Shown piece after piece: positions 1 to 11,045 of a stretch of DNA of 64,000 nucleotides; the first letter of the stretch is position 1, and each line of letters opens with the position of its first letter. The stretch comes from Asterionella formosa. Taxonomy: Eukaryota. The position numbers and the translations under genes were made by a program. The notes beneath the pieces were generated by a model. That model was given only the letters and a program-made list of their open reading frames with translations. It was not told the DNA's origin and searched no databases. Location of the stretch: contig NKIB01012763.1 of NCBI GenBank assembly GCA_002256025.1, positions 1-64,000 on the forward strand, written 5' to 3'.

Positions 1-519
1 AGGAAGGGGACACGTCACTTCCAAACTTCTCGAGACCTTTCTTACCATCTCCAGCCACACCCAAATGGCCATCACCTCCATCGAATTCATCTCCAAAGTC
101 AGCATATTTGTCCCACTTTGCAGGTCCAAAACGATCAATATCTTCCTTCTTTTGATTGGTAACTTCTTTCTTGGTTCCTTCAATGTGAAGGCAGAAACAG
201 TAGTGATTCTCATAATGCCATACATGTATATTTCGTGTCAAGGAAAAGATTTTTTGTGGATCGCACCACAGGATGAGGCCAGCAAAGGATTGTTGGTACA
301 TTTACCGGTGTGTACTACCATTGTACCGGTACCAGGTACCAGGTCGTTCAATGACAAGACAGCAACATCGCTCAAATTGCGGGAAAAACTAACTAATTCC
401 CAAATGGGAATCATAATATTTCATTTATATAACTAGTCTAATAGAAATATTTTACTTTTTTTATAATGGTTTTGTCATCCTACGTCACAGTAGATGGGTG
501 GTTGAGAGCATTTAGGATT

Positions 520-625
520 TCCCAAAAACCGATAGCATCGTTTTTTCGTCAGTTGACCAAAACCAAAACCAATCCAAAAAAAAGTTTTTGGGTTTTGGTT
601 TGGGTCAACGGTTAGCAACGGCCTA
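520..625. mobile_element. Possible end of a non-autonomous hAT-like DNA transposon or MITE, with a subterminal hairpin
   Basis: Imperfect hairpin GTTGACCAAAACCAAAACC...GGTTTTGGTTTGGGTCAAC at ~551-609. The segment ends ...CAACGGCCTA at 625, whose reverse complement TAGGCC resembles hAT termini. The other end was not identified. Confidence 0.35.
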
Positions 626-709
626 AGTAGCCCTCAATAATCATTCATCACCCAACACGTTTCTTTTCTTTTCGGTGTACACCCCTCTTTCGTTCTTTTA
701 GTTGCGACG

Positions 710-1924
710 ATGCCACCCTCGGTGACACTCAAGCAAGGAGCCATGTGCGTTGTAGTTGCTGTTTTTCTTTCGATTAATAATGGGGTAATACACTATTACA
801 CAGCAAAGTGCCGAGAAGTGAACTCAGGAATAATTCAACAAGGCGGATTACATCTGCCTCAATCAACTTCGTCGAAGGCAATCATAAAGTATGAAAACGA
901 ATCCTACATAGGACCACAGAGAACTTACCAAGTTTGGCCGCACAACCTGACTTTCCCTTGCTATGAAGCGGAGGACGACTGGAATACAATACAACGACAA
1001 AAAAATGCAACCGCGGAAGGCTTATTGTTTGTCAGAGAGAAGAAGACTGGTTCCAGTACGCTCGCTGGAACTTTCTTGCGGTTAGCGCACCGAAAAGGCG
1101 ATGAAATAAACGTGAATAGGGGTCCTTGCAAGATGCGAATCGATCATCAGTCTGCACAGAAAATGTTGTATCACAAAAGAACCAAGAATAAGTCATTTCT
1201 GATGAGTTTGTTGCGGCACCCGACTCAACGTGCAATAAGTTCGTTCTTTCACTTCTCAGTATCGCAATTTAAAACCGAACCAACGGATTCAAATTTTCAA
1301 AGTTACCTTCTTCAAACGGAGGGGATCCGAAACTACTATACTTCAGATTTGACGATGCTGCCAGTAAATTTCACTGAAGATCCCAATAAAGTGGTACAGG
1401 AGATAATCGATGGTTACGACCTTATCGGAATAACTGAAAGGATGGACGAGTCACTGGTGGTGATGAAGATGCTACTGGGACTTGAGACTGCTGACATACT
1501 GTATATGTCAGCGAAAAGAGGAGGCAGCTTTACTGCAGCCCCACCTCCATTATATTGCATCTACCTGGTTCCGGCGTTTTTGACTGAAGGCATGCAAGAT
1601 TTTTTCGCCTCAGATGTTTGGCTGGATATAATGAAGTACGACTTGTTGTTATATAGAGCCGCCAATAAATCTCTTGATAACACAATTGATGCATTGGGTC
1701 GAGAAGAATTTGAAAAACAATTGAAGGAATTCCGAGAAGTCTTGGCCGTTGCTCAGACGATATGTGAATCGGAAACAGTGTATCGATGTGACAAAACGGG
1801 AACATATGTAGGAAATATGAATTCGACATGCCTATTATGGGATATTGGATGTGGTTATCATTGTTTGAATCAATTTTACAATCCAAGTGCAAACCCAAAT
1901 AGTAGAAAGTATAGCAGATCATGA
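710..1924 (+). CDS. Golgi-type (type II membrane) sulfotransferase, galactose-3-O-sulfotransferase / Sulfotransfer_2-like
   Basis: 404 aa ORF with an N-terminal hydrophobic anchor, 5'-PAPS loop FVREKKTGSST, 3'-PB motif LLRHPTQRAISSFFH, plus LIGITERMDESLV and DLLLYRAAN motifs. Confidence 0.85.
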   Translation: MPPSVTLKQGAMCVVVAVFLSINNGVIHYYTAKCREVNSGIIQQGGLHLPQSTSSKAIIKYENESYIGPQRTYQVWPHNLTFPCYEAEDDWNTIQRQKNATAEGLLFVREKKTGSSTLAGTFLRLAHRKGDEINVNRGPCKMRIDHQSAQKMLYHKRTKNKSFLMSLLRHPTQRAISSFFHFSVSQFKTEPTDSNFQSYLLQTEGIRNYYTSDLTMLPVNFTEDPNKVVQEIIDGYDLIGITERMDESLVVMKMLLGLETADILYMSAKRGGSFTAAPPPLYCIYLVPAFLTEGMQDFFASDVWLDIMKYDLLLYRAANKSLDNTIDALGREEFEKQLKEFREVLAVAQTICESETVYRCDKTGTYVGNMNSTCLLWDIGCGYHCLNQFYNPSANPNSRKYSRS

Positions 1925-2104
1925 AGGAGACAGAAACTTGGATGAAGATATCAATGGCCATCACGGTGAAGGATAAAGTGCCCAAATTAAAAACAATGTT
2001 GCTGATCAGTGTGCTAGCAGTTTAAGTTTGAGATGAATGTTGTTTGGTATGATTCCATGTAGTCTACTCCAGTTTGGTAGCCTCAGTTGCTAGGTTAGTC
2101 CCTT

Positions 2105-2587
2105 TCATAATTCTTGATCGCTAATATTGGATGAATCGCTATCGTTTTCAATTTTACTGATGCAAATTCCAACTCCAGCCATGACAAGAGCAGCTCCCAA
2201 CGTGGCTCGAAGTGGCTTGTCAACTCGTTCGCCGAGGGCAAAGCTCGTAACAATGCTAAAGACAAGTGTCATAGAATTGCAAATTGGTACCGCCAAGGTC
2301 AGGTCTGAGTCCGCCAATACTTTGTAATACAAAATGGAGCCGCACTGATTAAGGAGGTACGGGAGCCAGACACCAATGTAACGAAACTTTGACAGAGCCG
2401 CGATGATTTTTGATTTAAATGATACAGTCGTTTTAATCTGACCTTTGCCATGTTTCCTTTCCAATGATGCAGCAACAATTCTCTTCTTCTCAGATTCAGC
2501 TGAACCTTTTCTCAGCAATGGATTTGTGCAACCCCACAGAACGCCTACCAAGGTCCACGAGATCAAATTCGTTACCGGTACGTTCAT
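2105..2587 (-). CDS. TMEM234-family (EamA/DMT-like) small membrane protein
   Basis: Motifs LVGVLWGCTNPLLRKGS, PYLLNQCGSILYY, SDLTLAVPICNSMTLVF and GAALVMAGV; four hydrophobic segments. Confidence 0.85.
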   Translation of the reverse strand: MNVPVTNLISWTLVGVLWGCTNPLLRKGSAESEKKRIVAASLERKHGKGQIKTTVSFKSKIIAALSKFRYIGVWLPYLLNQCGSILYYKVLADSDLTLAVPICNSMTLVFSIVTSFALGERVDKPLRATLGAALVMAGVGICISKIENDSDSSNISDQEL

Positions 2588-3001
2588 AGCAATGGCGGAA
2601 ATATTATGCAGAGTTGACCCTCCCGCGTGAAGGAGCGACAGCTCGTGACTGCCTGGTGCCAGTTACCGTATACTTCATTGTCCTGGATCCCCGAAGTCCC
2701 CCCAGAACAATCATCGCAATACATACAAGGAAATATTTGCAGGAAAAGCAGTCGAACAAGTCGGTAAATGAGTCGAAGTACCGGTAGCTTCAATATAACA
2801 AAGAAATTTATAGAAATATTAGTTTAATGCTGGGTAACATATAAAATGAACTAAACTACCGGTACAATACCATATATACGTCGTAGGTCCAGCCACAGTG
2901 CGACCGGTACCAGGTAATCTTCTCTAGCAGTGGCGAATTCTAAATCCAAGCAATGTTAATTATAACATCGAAAAGGTTTTGTTCGTTTACAATCGAATGC
3001 A

Positions 3002-3550
3002 ATGCTATCTAATATTACTTCTCGAACAATCGCTAGACATTGCTCACAACGAGTAGCGGTGGTGTCAAAAAGGAGTTATCATGACAATATTATCGAGCAT
3101 TATGAAAATCCAAGAAATGTTGGTTCGCTCGACAAGAATTCGGAGCATGTCGGAACTGTAAGTATCCTTATAGTTGTAATAACACAACTCGATCGCATGT
3201 ACAATGCTCACCCACTCGTTCTCTTCCAGGGCCTTGTAGGCGCTCCTGCCTGCGGCGATGTCATGAAGCTCCAAATCATGGTAGACGCCGACGGGAACAT
3301 CACCGACTCCAAGTTCAAGACGTTCGGTTGTGGATCTGCAATTGCGAGTTCATCGGTAGCGACAGAATGGATCAAAGGCAAATCTGTCGATGAGGTCCTG
3401 GCGATTAAGAATACGGACATTGCTGCGCATTTAAAATTGCCTCCCGTTAAGCTTCATTGCAGCATGTTGGCAGAAGATGCCATCAAGGCCGCAGTGACGG
3501 ACTGGAAGGCAAAGCAAGTGGTAAGGGCTGCTGTTGCTGCGACCAAGTAA
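3002..3550 (+). CDS. ISCU: Mitochondrial Fe-S cluster scaffold IscU/Isu1 (exons 3002-3157, 3230-3550)
   Basis: Motifs HYENPRNVG, GAPACGDVMKLQI, FKTFGCGSAIASSS and LPPVKLHCSMLAEDAIKAA; R/S-rich mitochondrial presequence; 72-nt GTAAGT...TTCCAG intron at 3158-3229. Confidence 0.97.
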   Translation: MLSNITSRTIARHCSQRVAVVSKRSYHDNIIEHYENPRNVGSLDKNSEHVGTVSILIVVITQLDRMYNAHPLVLFQGLVGAPACGDVMKLQIMVDADGNITDSKFKTFGCGSAIASSSVATEWIKGKSVDEVLAIKNTDIAAHLKLPPVKLHCSMLAEDAIKAAVTDWKAKQVVRAAVAATK

Positions 3551-3630
3551 GGCAAGAACTTGAAGTCAGCGGACATAGTTCATATATATATATGTCAGTA
3601 AGAGCCTTTAAAAGTGAAAATAATCTATCA

Positions 3631-4617
3631 TTATTCATGTTCCTGCTCCTCCTCAGAACTATCATCCTCGTCTTCTAGACCCAGTTGACTTATCAAGGCC
3701 AAAGCGAGATCTGCGGCTCGTTCACGCCTTAATTCATCTGGTAAATTTCCACCTTTGCTCTCATCTCGTAAATCAGACGCTTGACGGAGTAAAGACTCGA
3801 AGGACTCCATCTTTTCTGCATCCACTTTTTCCTTATTGCGGCGATGATGCTCGTCGTCGTCGACCAACTTATCATGATCAATATAATCAGATGATTCCGA
3901 GCCCACAAGAATGCCTGATGAATGTTTCGTCGTTTTCTCTTGTTCGTCCATTGCCACATCTTTGTCATCTGTCAATTCCCTCATCACTTGTTCATACTTC
4001 TTCTTCATTTCCTCATGCTTCTTCTTTTCCATGACAGCACTCGACCACACCGTGCCTTGCATGGCTTCCACCACTCGAGCAAAGCCATCCTTGTCGCGCT
4101 CGTCGTGGCCCTGTTGCTGACCTTGCAGTGACAAGTTAGCTTCCAAGTATTCATATTCCCTATCCAAGCACCATAAAATACGCTTCGAATACTCCTCCTC
4201 GTGTTTCTTCCCTCTCCATTCTTGTACTGAAAGATCCATAAGACTGACACCTACACATAGTTGCAACAAATCCCCGACACGTTTCGTCGATAGATCATGA
4301 TGGTAGGATGTCAGGGACGTAAAAGTATTAGAAGATTCAAAATGAGATCGGTCTGGATTGCTCGCGAGGCCATCAAAAACTAAAATGACGCCGTCTTCTT
4401 TGGTATCGTCTCGACCTAATAATGACGAGTCATCAGAGTCGTCGACAACTAGTTGCACCTGGGCGCAAAAGTACTTGTTGGCAATAAGAAGGATGTCACC
4501 GGACGATGGAAAATAAGACAATAAGGCAGTTTTGATCAAAGTTGAACTAGGACTAGGCGGACCTATTCGGAGAACGGCCACTGGTTCTTGTTGTTGTGGG
4601 AATGAATCAGTCGACAT
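3631..4617 (-). CDS. AAGAB: Alpha/gamma-adaptin-binding protein p34 (AAGAB-like AP-complex assembly chaperone)
   Basis: Motifs IANKYFCAQVQL, DGVILVFD, WCLDREYEYLE, DGFARVVEAMQGTVWSSAVM, an acidic linker and C-terminal FESLLRQASDLRD...LPDELRRERAADLAL. First ATG is at 4617. Confidence 0.8.
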   Translation of the reverse strand: MSTDSFPQQQEPVAVLRIGPPSPSSTLIKTALLSYFPSSGDILLIANKYFCAQVQLVVDDSDDSSLLGRDDTKEDGVILVFDGLASNPDRSHFESSNTFTSLTSYHHDLSTKRVGDLLQLCVGVSLMDLSVQEWRGKKHEEEYSKRILWCLDREYEYLEANLSLQGQQQGHDERDKDGFARVVEAMQGTVWSSAVMEKKKHEEMKKKYEQVMRELTDDKDVAMDEQEKTTKHSSGILVGSESSDYIDHDKLVDDDEHHRRNKEKVDAEKMESFESLLRQASDLRDESKGGNLPDELRRERAADLALALISQLGLEDEDDSSEEEQEHE

Positions 4618-4995
4618 GTTTTTGTTTGTCACTTGAATGCCCGCGATAAGTCAGAACAATCATGAATCCAATTACCGGTATGATTTTATGTTGCTATCGT
4701 ATTAGTTTTCGAGCAAAACTATTATCATTCCTCCTCGGTCTACATTATTAGTACTGGTACCAGTACCAGGGTACCAGGGGTACCTGGTCATGGTTGCCTG
4801 GTAGTAACTCCTTGTACTACCGGTACCTGCTTTGATACTGTATGTATTATTATTTTAGCAAGTCAATTTTCCATATTTCAACATCGTCATTCCGAAGCAG
4901 TTACCTACTCGCTCAGCATCTCACAGGCGACCTCCTTTCTGCTTCCTCCAAGCCAAACCTCGTTAGCTTCACCGCTCACTCGCGAAAGAAATACT

Positions 4996-5610
4996 ATGAT
5001 CTCATTTATATTGATGGTGTAAGTGAAACAGAGACGAGCAAGCCATTGCAACTCTCCAATCGGTCTTGCTTAGAAACAGATATTCCATCGCTGGGTACGC
5101 TTGCGCGCAACCATCACGCTTTGTGGCATCCTTGTACCTAACACTCAAACCCTTTCCAGGAACAAGCAAGGCCAAACTCGCCTTTCTTCCTATTACGAAT
5201 GGATCAGCATGGCCGAACGTACTGCCCTCGAAAGCGAGATCATCCGCAAATGCTTGTCTCGATCCGAGTTGCAATGCTCGTTTCTAGAATACCGCGGTTA
5301 CAAGGTCATATACCGCCGCTATGCCAGTCTATTCTTCATTATTGGCACCAAACCAGATACTGACATGGTGGAGAATACGGAAAATGAGCTGGGCATGTTG
5401 GAATTTATTCATACTCTTGTGGAGACTATGGATAAGTGGGCAGGGTCTATTTGTGAATTGGACATCATGTATCAGCTGGAGCAAGTGCACTTTTTGTTAG
5501 ATGAAATGGTCATGAACGGATATATTGTGGAAACGAACAAGGGAAATATTTTGCGCCCTTTGGATTTGATGGAACGGGAGTCCTCAAAAGCCGAAGGCAT
5601 GTTTCGCTAG
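4996..5610 (+). CDS. AP4S1: AP-4 adaptor complex sigma subunit (exons 4996-5018, 5160-5610)
   Basis: The spliced N-terminus MISFILMVNKQGQTRLSSYY, then RKCLSRSELQCSFLEYRGYKVIYRRYASLFF and VETNK, are sigma-4-like. Intron 5019-5159 is GTAAGT...TTCCAG. Confidence 0.9.
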
Positions 5611-7049
5611 GTGAATAATCTTGGAAATGCTGGCTTTTTTAGACTGAGATACAGACTTTGTAGCTAAACAGAACAGCAAAAATGATGTATTCGTCTCTGT
5701 TTCAGGTATTTAATACATTTTTGTTCAAGTTTTTAATGAATTAAGATATTTTCCAATCAGACACAACACTTACGTAAGGAATGAAGCATGGTAATGAAAG
5801 ATTCAATCACAGACAGCTGCTAAAGGTGACCTTTTCTGAAACAGCATCCTTGTTTCCAGGAAGGACACTCCTCTAATTGCTTTGTAGGCTTGTCAGTAGG
5901 ATTCAGTCACAGTTGAGGAAGCAAGGGAAGATGTAAATTCATTGATTGTGGTGACAGGGGCCTTTTGAATTTTTGTCCAAGGAATTTGAATTTTCATTTT
6001 TAATATTGCAGTGCACTTATTTGAATGATATTTTATTTTGTCATGTGGGCAAAGATTACAAGATTCCAAATATGGAAATGGTTGCATTAGAGAGGCAAGG
6101 GTTGCTACCAATTGAAGTAGAAGCATTTGAGCAGGCAATTAATTTTGGAAATGAATTCATGGAACAAGGATATGTTGCTGATTGAAGTATTAATTTGTTT
6201 GTTTTTGATTCTATTTTGGAGGGTTTTAGGCAGCTGGCACCTTATAGGCTGCATTGGAATAATCTACCTTCCCTATAACTTAATACAATAGAATGTTTAT
6301 TCAATCATTTGTACACTTTATGGATCTGTAATAATTGATTGGTGAATTTATGACAGATGATTATATTTTGAGGACTTTGCATATTGATTAAAATAGAATG
6401 AAAAAGTTACAAGTCTATATTGTTTATGAAACAGTAGTTGAAACACAGAAGAATTCTTGTTTCCTGATTCCCAGTTAGGTCTCCACTTTTGTGTGAAGAC
6501 AACATTTCCCTACTAGTCGTTGTGTTTGATGGAACAACGCACAATTAGGTACCAAGATTAATAACCTTCAGACATTTGATAAAGAAAAATGTTGAAGGGC
6601 TAATTCTATCAAGTTTTCCGAATGTTTACCAAGCAAGTTTGGTAAACCCTAAACTACAAATGATTGGAGAGACAAATCAGCCAGTTCTGTCCAAAGGATT
6701 AAAGGATTGAAGAACAATCGAATCATCCTAGCACAACGAATAGGTATATTAATTGCCTATCAATATAGGAGTACGAATGGGCTATAGAACAGACTAAATT
6801 TTAATAATTATATATATATATGTAATATATACCGGTATATAATATATACATACTTTTACTCTAACGTAATTTTTGCATCACAACATTATGACGTAAGCAG
6901 CACTTCTGTGTTTCTGCCTGCGGCTCCTACACACATTTACCGGTATACCGGTAGTTAATATGTACATATGTCATGGTAAGGCCGACGACCAACAATAGAA
7001 ACTGGCCGTTATAAAACCAGGAAACAACCCGGAAAACATTTAATGATCG

Positions 7050-7057
7050 TTTGGCGC
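7050..7057 (+). promoter_or_regulatory. Candidate E2F-type site TTTGGCGC upstream of MAD2
   Basis: Matches TTTSSCGC about 95 bp upstream of the MAD2 ATG. It is a short motif and could be chance. Confidence 0.35.
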
Positions 7058-7150
7058 TAAAAAGTTCATGTTGTGCATAATCAATGCTTTACATGAACAA
7101 AGAAAAAAGAAGAACAGAAATAAACAAAAATTATCGCAGAACGCTTCACA

Positions 7151-8071
7151 ATGTTCACGGCAATTGACAATCAGACCGTCATAACCCTTAAGGGCAGTGT
7201 AAGCATCGTGAAGGACTTCTTCTTCACTGCCATCAATTCAATTCTGTACCAGCGAGGTAAGGTTCAAAGGTCGTATTTCGAAACTTTCCGGAATGGAATC
7301 ACACACATCTGCCGTCTCACCAACTTTCGTTCGCTACAGGAATCTACCAGCCCGAGACGTTTCAGCGCTCGGAGAAGTATGGTTTGACTGTATTGACGAC
7401 AACTGATGATGGCCTGTTAGAATATTTGGAAAGCGTCATGGCACAGGTCGAAGATTGGTTGTTGAGTGGCGATGTCCAGAAGCTCGTTGTCGTCGTCGCT
7501 GGGATCGACAGCGGAGAAACACTTGAGCGGTGGCAATTCAATGTTACCGTGGATGACGATGATATTCAAACTGAGAACGACGAGAATTGGCCGCAGAATA
7601 TTCCAGTGACTGTCGCCTCGGCCAAGGCACAAAAGAAATCGATGAAGGAAATCCATAATGAAATCCAAGCGATTATTCGACAGATCACGGCTAGTGTGAG
7701 TAGATCAGAATCCTGCTTCTTTCATGGACTTCAAAACTTTTGTGTTCCTGCGTGGTAGGCTCAACTTTCTTCAACCCCCAGGTCACGTTCCTCCCACTTT
7801 TGAGTGAACCCTGCTCCTTCGACTTGCTAGTGTACACGAAGAGAGATGCTCATGTTCCCAAGTTGTGGAATGATTCCGACCCTTGTTATATCATGAATAG
7901 CCAAGAAGTGAAGCTACGATCCTTTACCACATCAGTAAGTTCACTTTTGAGATTCGCCCTTGTTGCACTGTTCCGTTGTTTTCCTTACATTTCTATGGTA
8001 AATGACAATAACAGGTGCATAAAGTTGACTCTATGGTAACATACAAGGAAGCAGATGAGTGGGAATTGTAA
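7151..8071 (+). CDS. MAD2: Spindle checkpoint HORMA protein MAD2 (exons 7151-7256, 7340-7695, 7782-7934, 8015-8071)
   Basis: The spliced protein contains ITLKGSV, INSILYQRGIYQPETF, KYGLT, LERWQF, EIQAIIRQITASVTFLPLL and EVKLRSFTTSVHKVDSMVTYK; three GT-AG introns. Confidence 0.95.
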
Positions 8072-8674
8072 CTAACTGTGCATGTGGAAAGAGTGACAGA
8101 TGATTGAAATACAAATAATTGAATTGTTGTAGATGCACATATCTTAGGCTTCTTTGATGCCCTACCTGCAAGTTACTGTAAGTTTGCTATATAGTGCCAG
8201 CAATAGCGATTCCAATACCAAATCAATACATGTGTTTCCCTTTATATACATTTAGTAAGCCAACTGACCTGGCTTGCTGTTCTGAATTTTATTTAGCTTT
8301 AATCTGATTTAGACGAAAATGTTGAAACCAATCTGTTTTGCCAATTGTGCCATTGCTTCCATAGGTTTTGCTTAGTGTTAGACCATTTTACTAAAAGTTG
8401 CTTTGCTTAATGTAGGTTTGCTGAAACTAGCAATTTTTCTCAATGTGTGATGTCACCACTTCAACCCAACAGCCATTACATCCACCTGATATAATGATAC
8501 TACGGCTAAACAAGGCTGAAGGTGAAGTAAACAATGTATGCTTGCCTACATATGGCTGAATTCATCCTCAGGGTATGCAAGGTAGTCCTTGTAAAAGCTG
8601 CTATGTATTTATTTAGCTTAAAAATAATTCGTTTCTGTATAAAAAACGCTAGAGTGTACCAGTAGTCATCTAGA

Positions 8675-8915
8675 GTGTCTGGAAATCCTTGATTGCGTCA
8701 TCTCAGCCTTGACCACGACAGAAATAGCGATTATCTCAACGAAAAATGAGAATGACGCTTTAATATTTGGTACATAGATTAGACACTACATTGAAAGAAT
8801 CATTCTAATAACACCAATATTGACAACGAAAATTGAAGTCGCCCCCAATGGCGCAATTTTCATGAAATTTAGAGATGCACAATAATGAAAACGACAATGT
8901 TCCGAGCACATTTGA
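8675..8915 (+). repeat. Dispersed repeat family A, copy 1 (inverted copy at ~61040-61280)
   Basis: CATTCTAATAACACCAATATTGACAACGAAAATTGAAGTCGCC here is the near reverse complement of GGCGACTTCAATTTTCGTTGTCAATATTAGTGTTATTAGAAT at ~61100. Flanking blocks also align. Confidence 0.8.
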
Positions 8916-9039
8916 CACATTCATAGAAGCTGCACGACAAATAAGACTACTACCAAACATGAATAATCAAAGCAAGAGAATATATATAAGTTAATAATCA
9001 AATGAGAATTGATTGATGGAATGGCTATTCAAGTCAAGA

Positions 9040-10350
9040 TGGAGAGCGCGAAAGTTTCAGGAACAATGTGTGTTGTGGGATACCTCTCCAGGTATGTATC
9101 AGGAAATTAGGGTACTGGATTGAGTTACCCAGGTATGGGTTCAATGACGCATGCCAGGTTTTTGTGATTGATGAGGGCCCCCCAGATGCGTACAAGAAGG
9201 GCTTGGCCTTGAAGGGATTTGAAGGAGACTTTGTTGGCCCATGAAACCGACGTAGTGCTGTCAGAAAAAAAGCTAGTGAATTTGTGATATTCCAGCTGGA
9301 CTTGTTTTTTAGGAATGAGTGGATCGTTGTCTCTTCCAGTCTGGTGATTGAAGCCACCAGTTGGAGGAAGAGGATGGTACATTACATCAGGTTATTTTGC
9401 GTTTTTGGCTTGAGTTGGAGCCGTTTGGGGACGGTGGAGCCTAGGTCAAGGCAGATCCAGTATACAAGGATTGGTTTGAATGAGCTGAAACTGCGGTGAC
9501 TTCTTGAACACTCAGTGGAAGTGATCTTGTGATCGCGTGGTGTGAGATGTGCGATTGAGATTTCCCAAGGTTTGTTGGGGTCCGCAACGACATCATGGAC
9601 CTCCTGGAGTTGGCTATTTTAGTATCCTGGGGTTCATGGGGATTTGTGATTTGTCCTGCCAAAGTGGCGCTGCTATTTTTCTGGAAATGATAGTTTTTAT
9701 GCGGCTCTCCAGGTTGTTGGGTAGCCGTTTTTGGAGCCGGTTTTCGAAGTTGTAGTGCTCCAGCTTGTGGGCTAGGACGTTATAAAGTATTAGAATTGGT
9801 AAATACATGGTTCTAGTCCATCTTTTCATGGTGGAGATGTTATCCAATACACTAAAAAGTTGGACTGCTTCGAGTAGTGTATAATGAAGCTGAGGCGACG
9901 AGCCAATGAGGAGCTAAGAGGATTGTTGCTGCCTCACATTTTTCTGTGGTTAGGCTTACCATGAGAGTCTTGGAATCAATTTGTTTCCCTAGGATTAGAC
10001 TTCAATGGGTTTTTTGCGCTGGAGAGCAGATCATGATTAGGAAATCCTATATAGTGTAAAGGGCTAAAATGCTGGTGCTGAGAGTGCGAATCATGTCTTG
10101 TTGGATGGTGCAATAAATAATGTCATCTACATGGTGGTGGAATCCCGGAGATTTATAGTGCCATCTGAATTTGTTCTGCCAGGATTTTGGAATACTTGGT
10201 GGCTTAGGCGAGCCCTCTGATGATGTCACAGGCTGGTGCTGGTGTTGCTAGTTTGACCGGGCGGTTGGAAGTAGGTATTTTGCCGCTTGACCCACCAGAA
10301 TTTCAAAATTAGCTCTGCTGGTGGTCTCCCCGCCAAAGGTTTGGCCCCTT
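9040..10350 (-). mobile_element. Decayed DIRS/Ngaro-type retrotransposon RT-RNaseH fragment
   Basis: Frameshifted minus-strand peptides in order: GQTFGGETTSRANFEIL (RT motif B), HHVDDIIY (YxDD equivalent), FFSDSTTSVSWANK and EPIPG*LNPVP (DIRS-like RNase H). Multiple stops. Confidence 0.6.
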
Positions 10351-11045
10351 TATTGGGCTTTCGCAGTACTGCTACATCACATCCCAATACAAGGTTATAG
10401 TTCCAGTACAAGGCGACAATATTTTGCAATTCAAGCAAGGTTGACCCTGCCTGTATTGGTCTATAGTGCTGGTAAAGTGTACATACGAAATCATATTACT
10501 ACCGTTAATGCGAATTTATGTTTCTATAATGCATATTGATCATATAAAACCGTCATTTTTCGTTTCATATGATCAGAAAGTAATGTTTACTTCAAAATTC
10601 TTCAATGTGTCTGGCTGGCATATATCTTGTTGCTCAAATAATTCTGTACTGAGTGTATAGCATACATACTGGGACATCACTAAGTCAATGCTATTTGCGT
10701 TCCCTTTTCGCTGATGCAAACTTTCTTCTGATTGATCTGAAACTTCACTCTTGCCAGCAATTTTTTTTGACATGGGAATTTATCCATTTGATTCATTGGA
10801 CTACCAAGGAGTCCACAGTTCTCGTGACTCATAGTAGCTATTGATACCAGTAGACCCCTCTCCTCCCCTGTATTTTCTTGACAAATACCGGAATGCACTC
10901 CATCAGAAAATACGTGGAGTAGTCTACTTTACCGTACAAGCAGACCACCACGTCGAACTCTCAGAATGCCGGTATTTATTTCAGAATTGCATTTACGGAC
11001 CGGTATTTCTTGCCATCACCCTTCTTTATTTATTGATCATACGCC

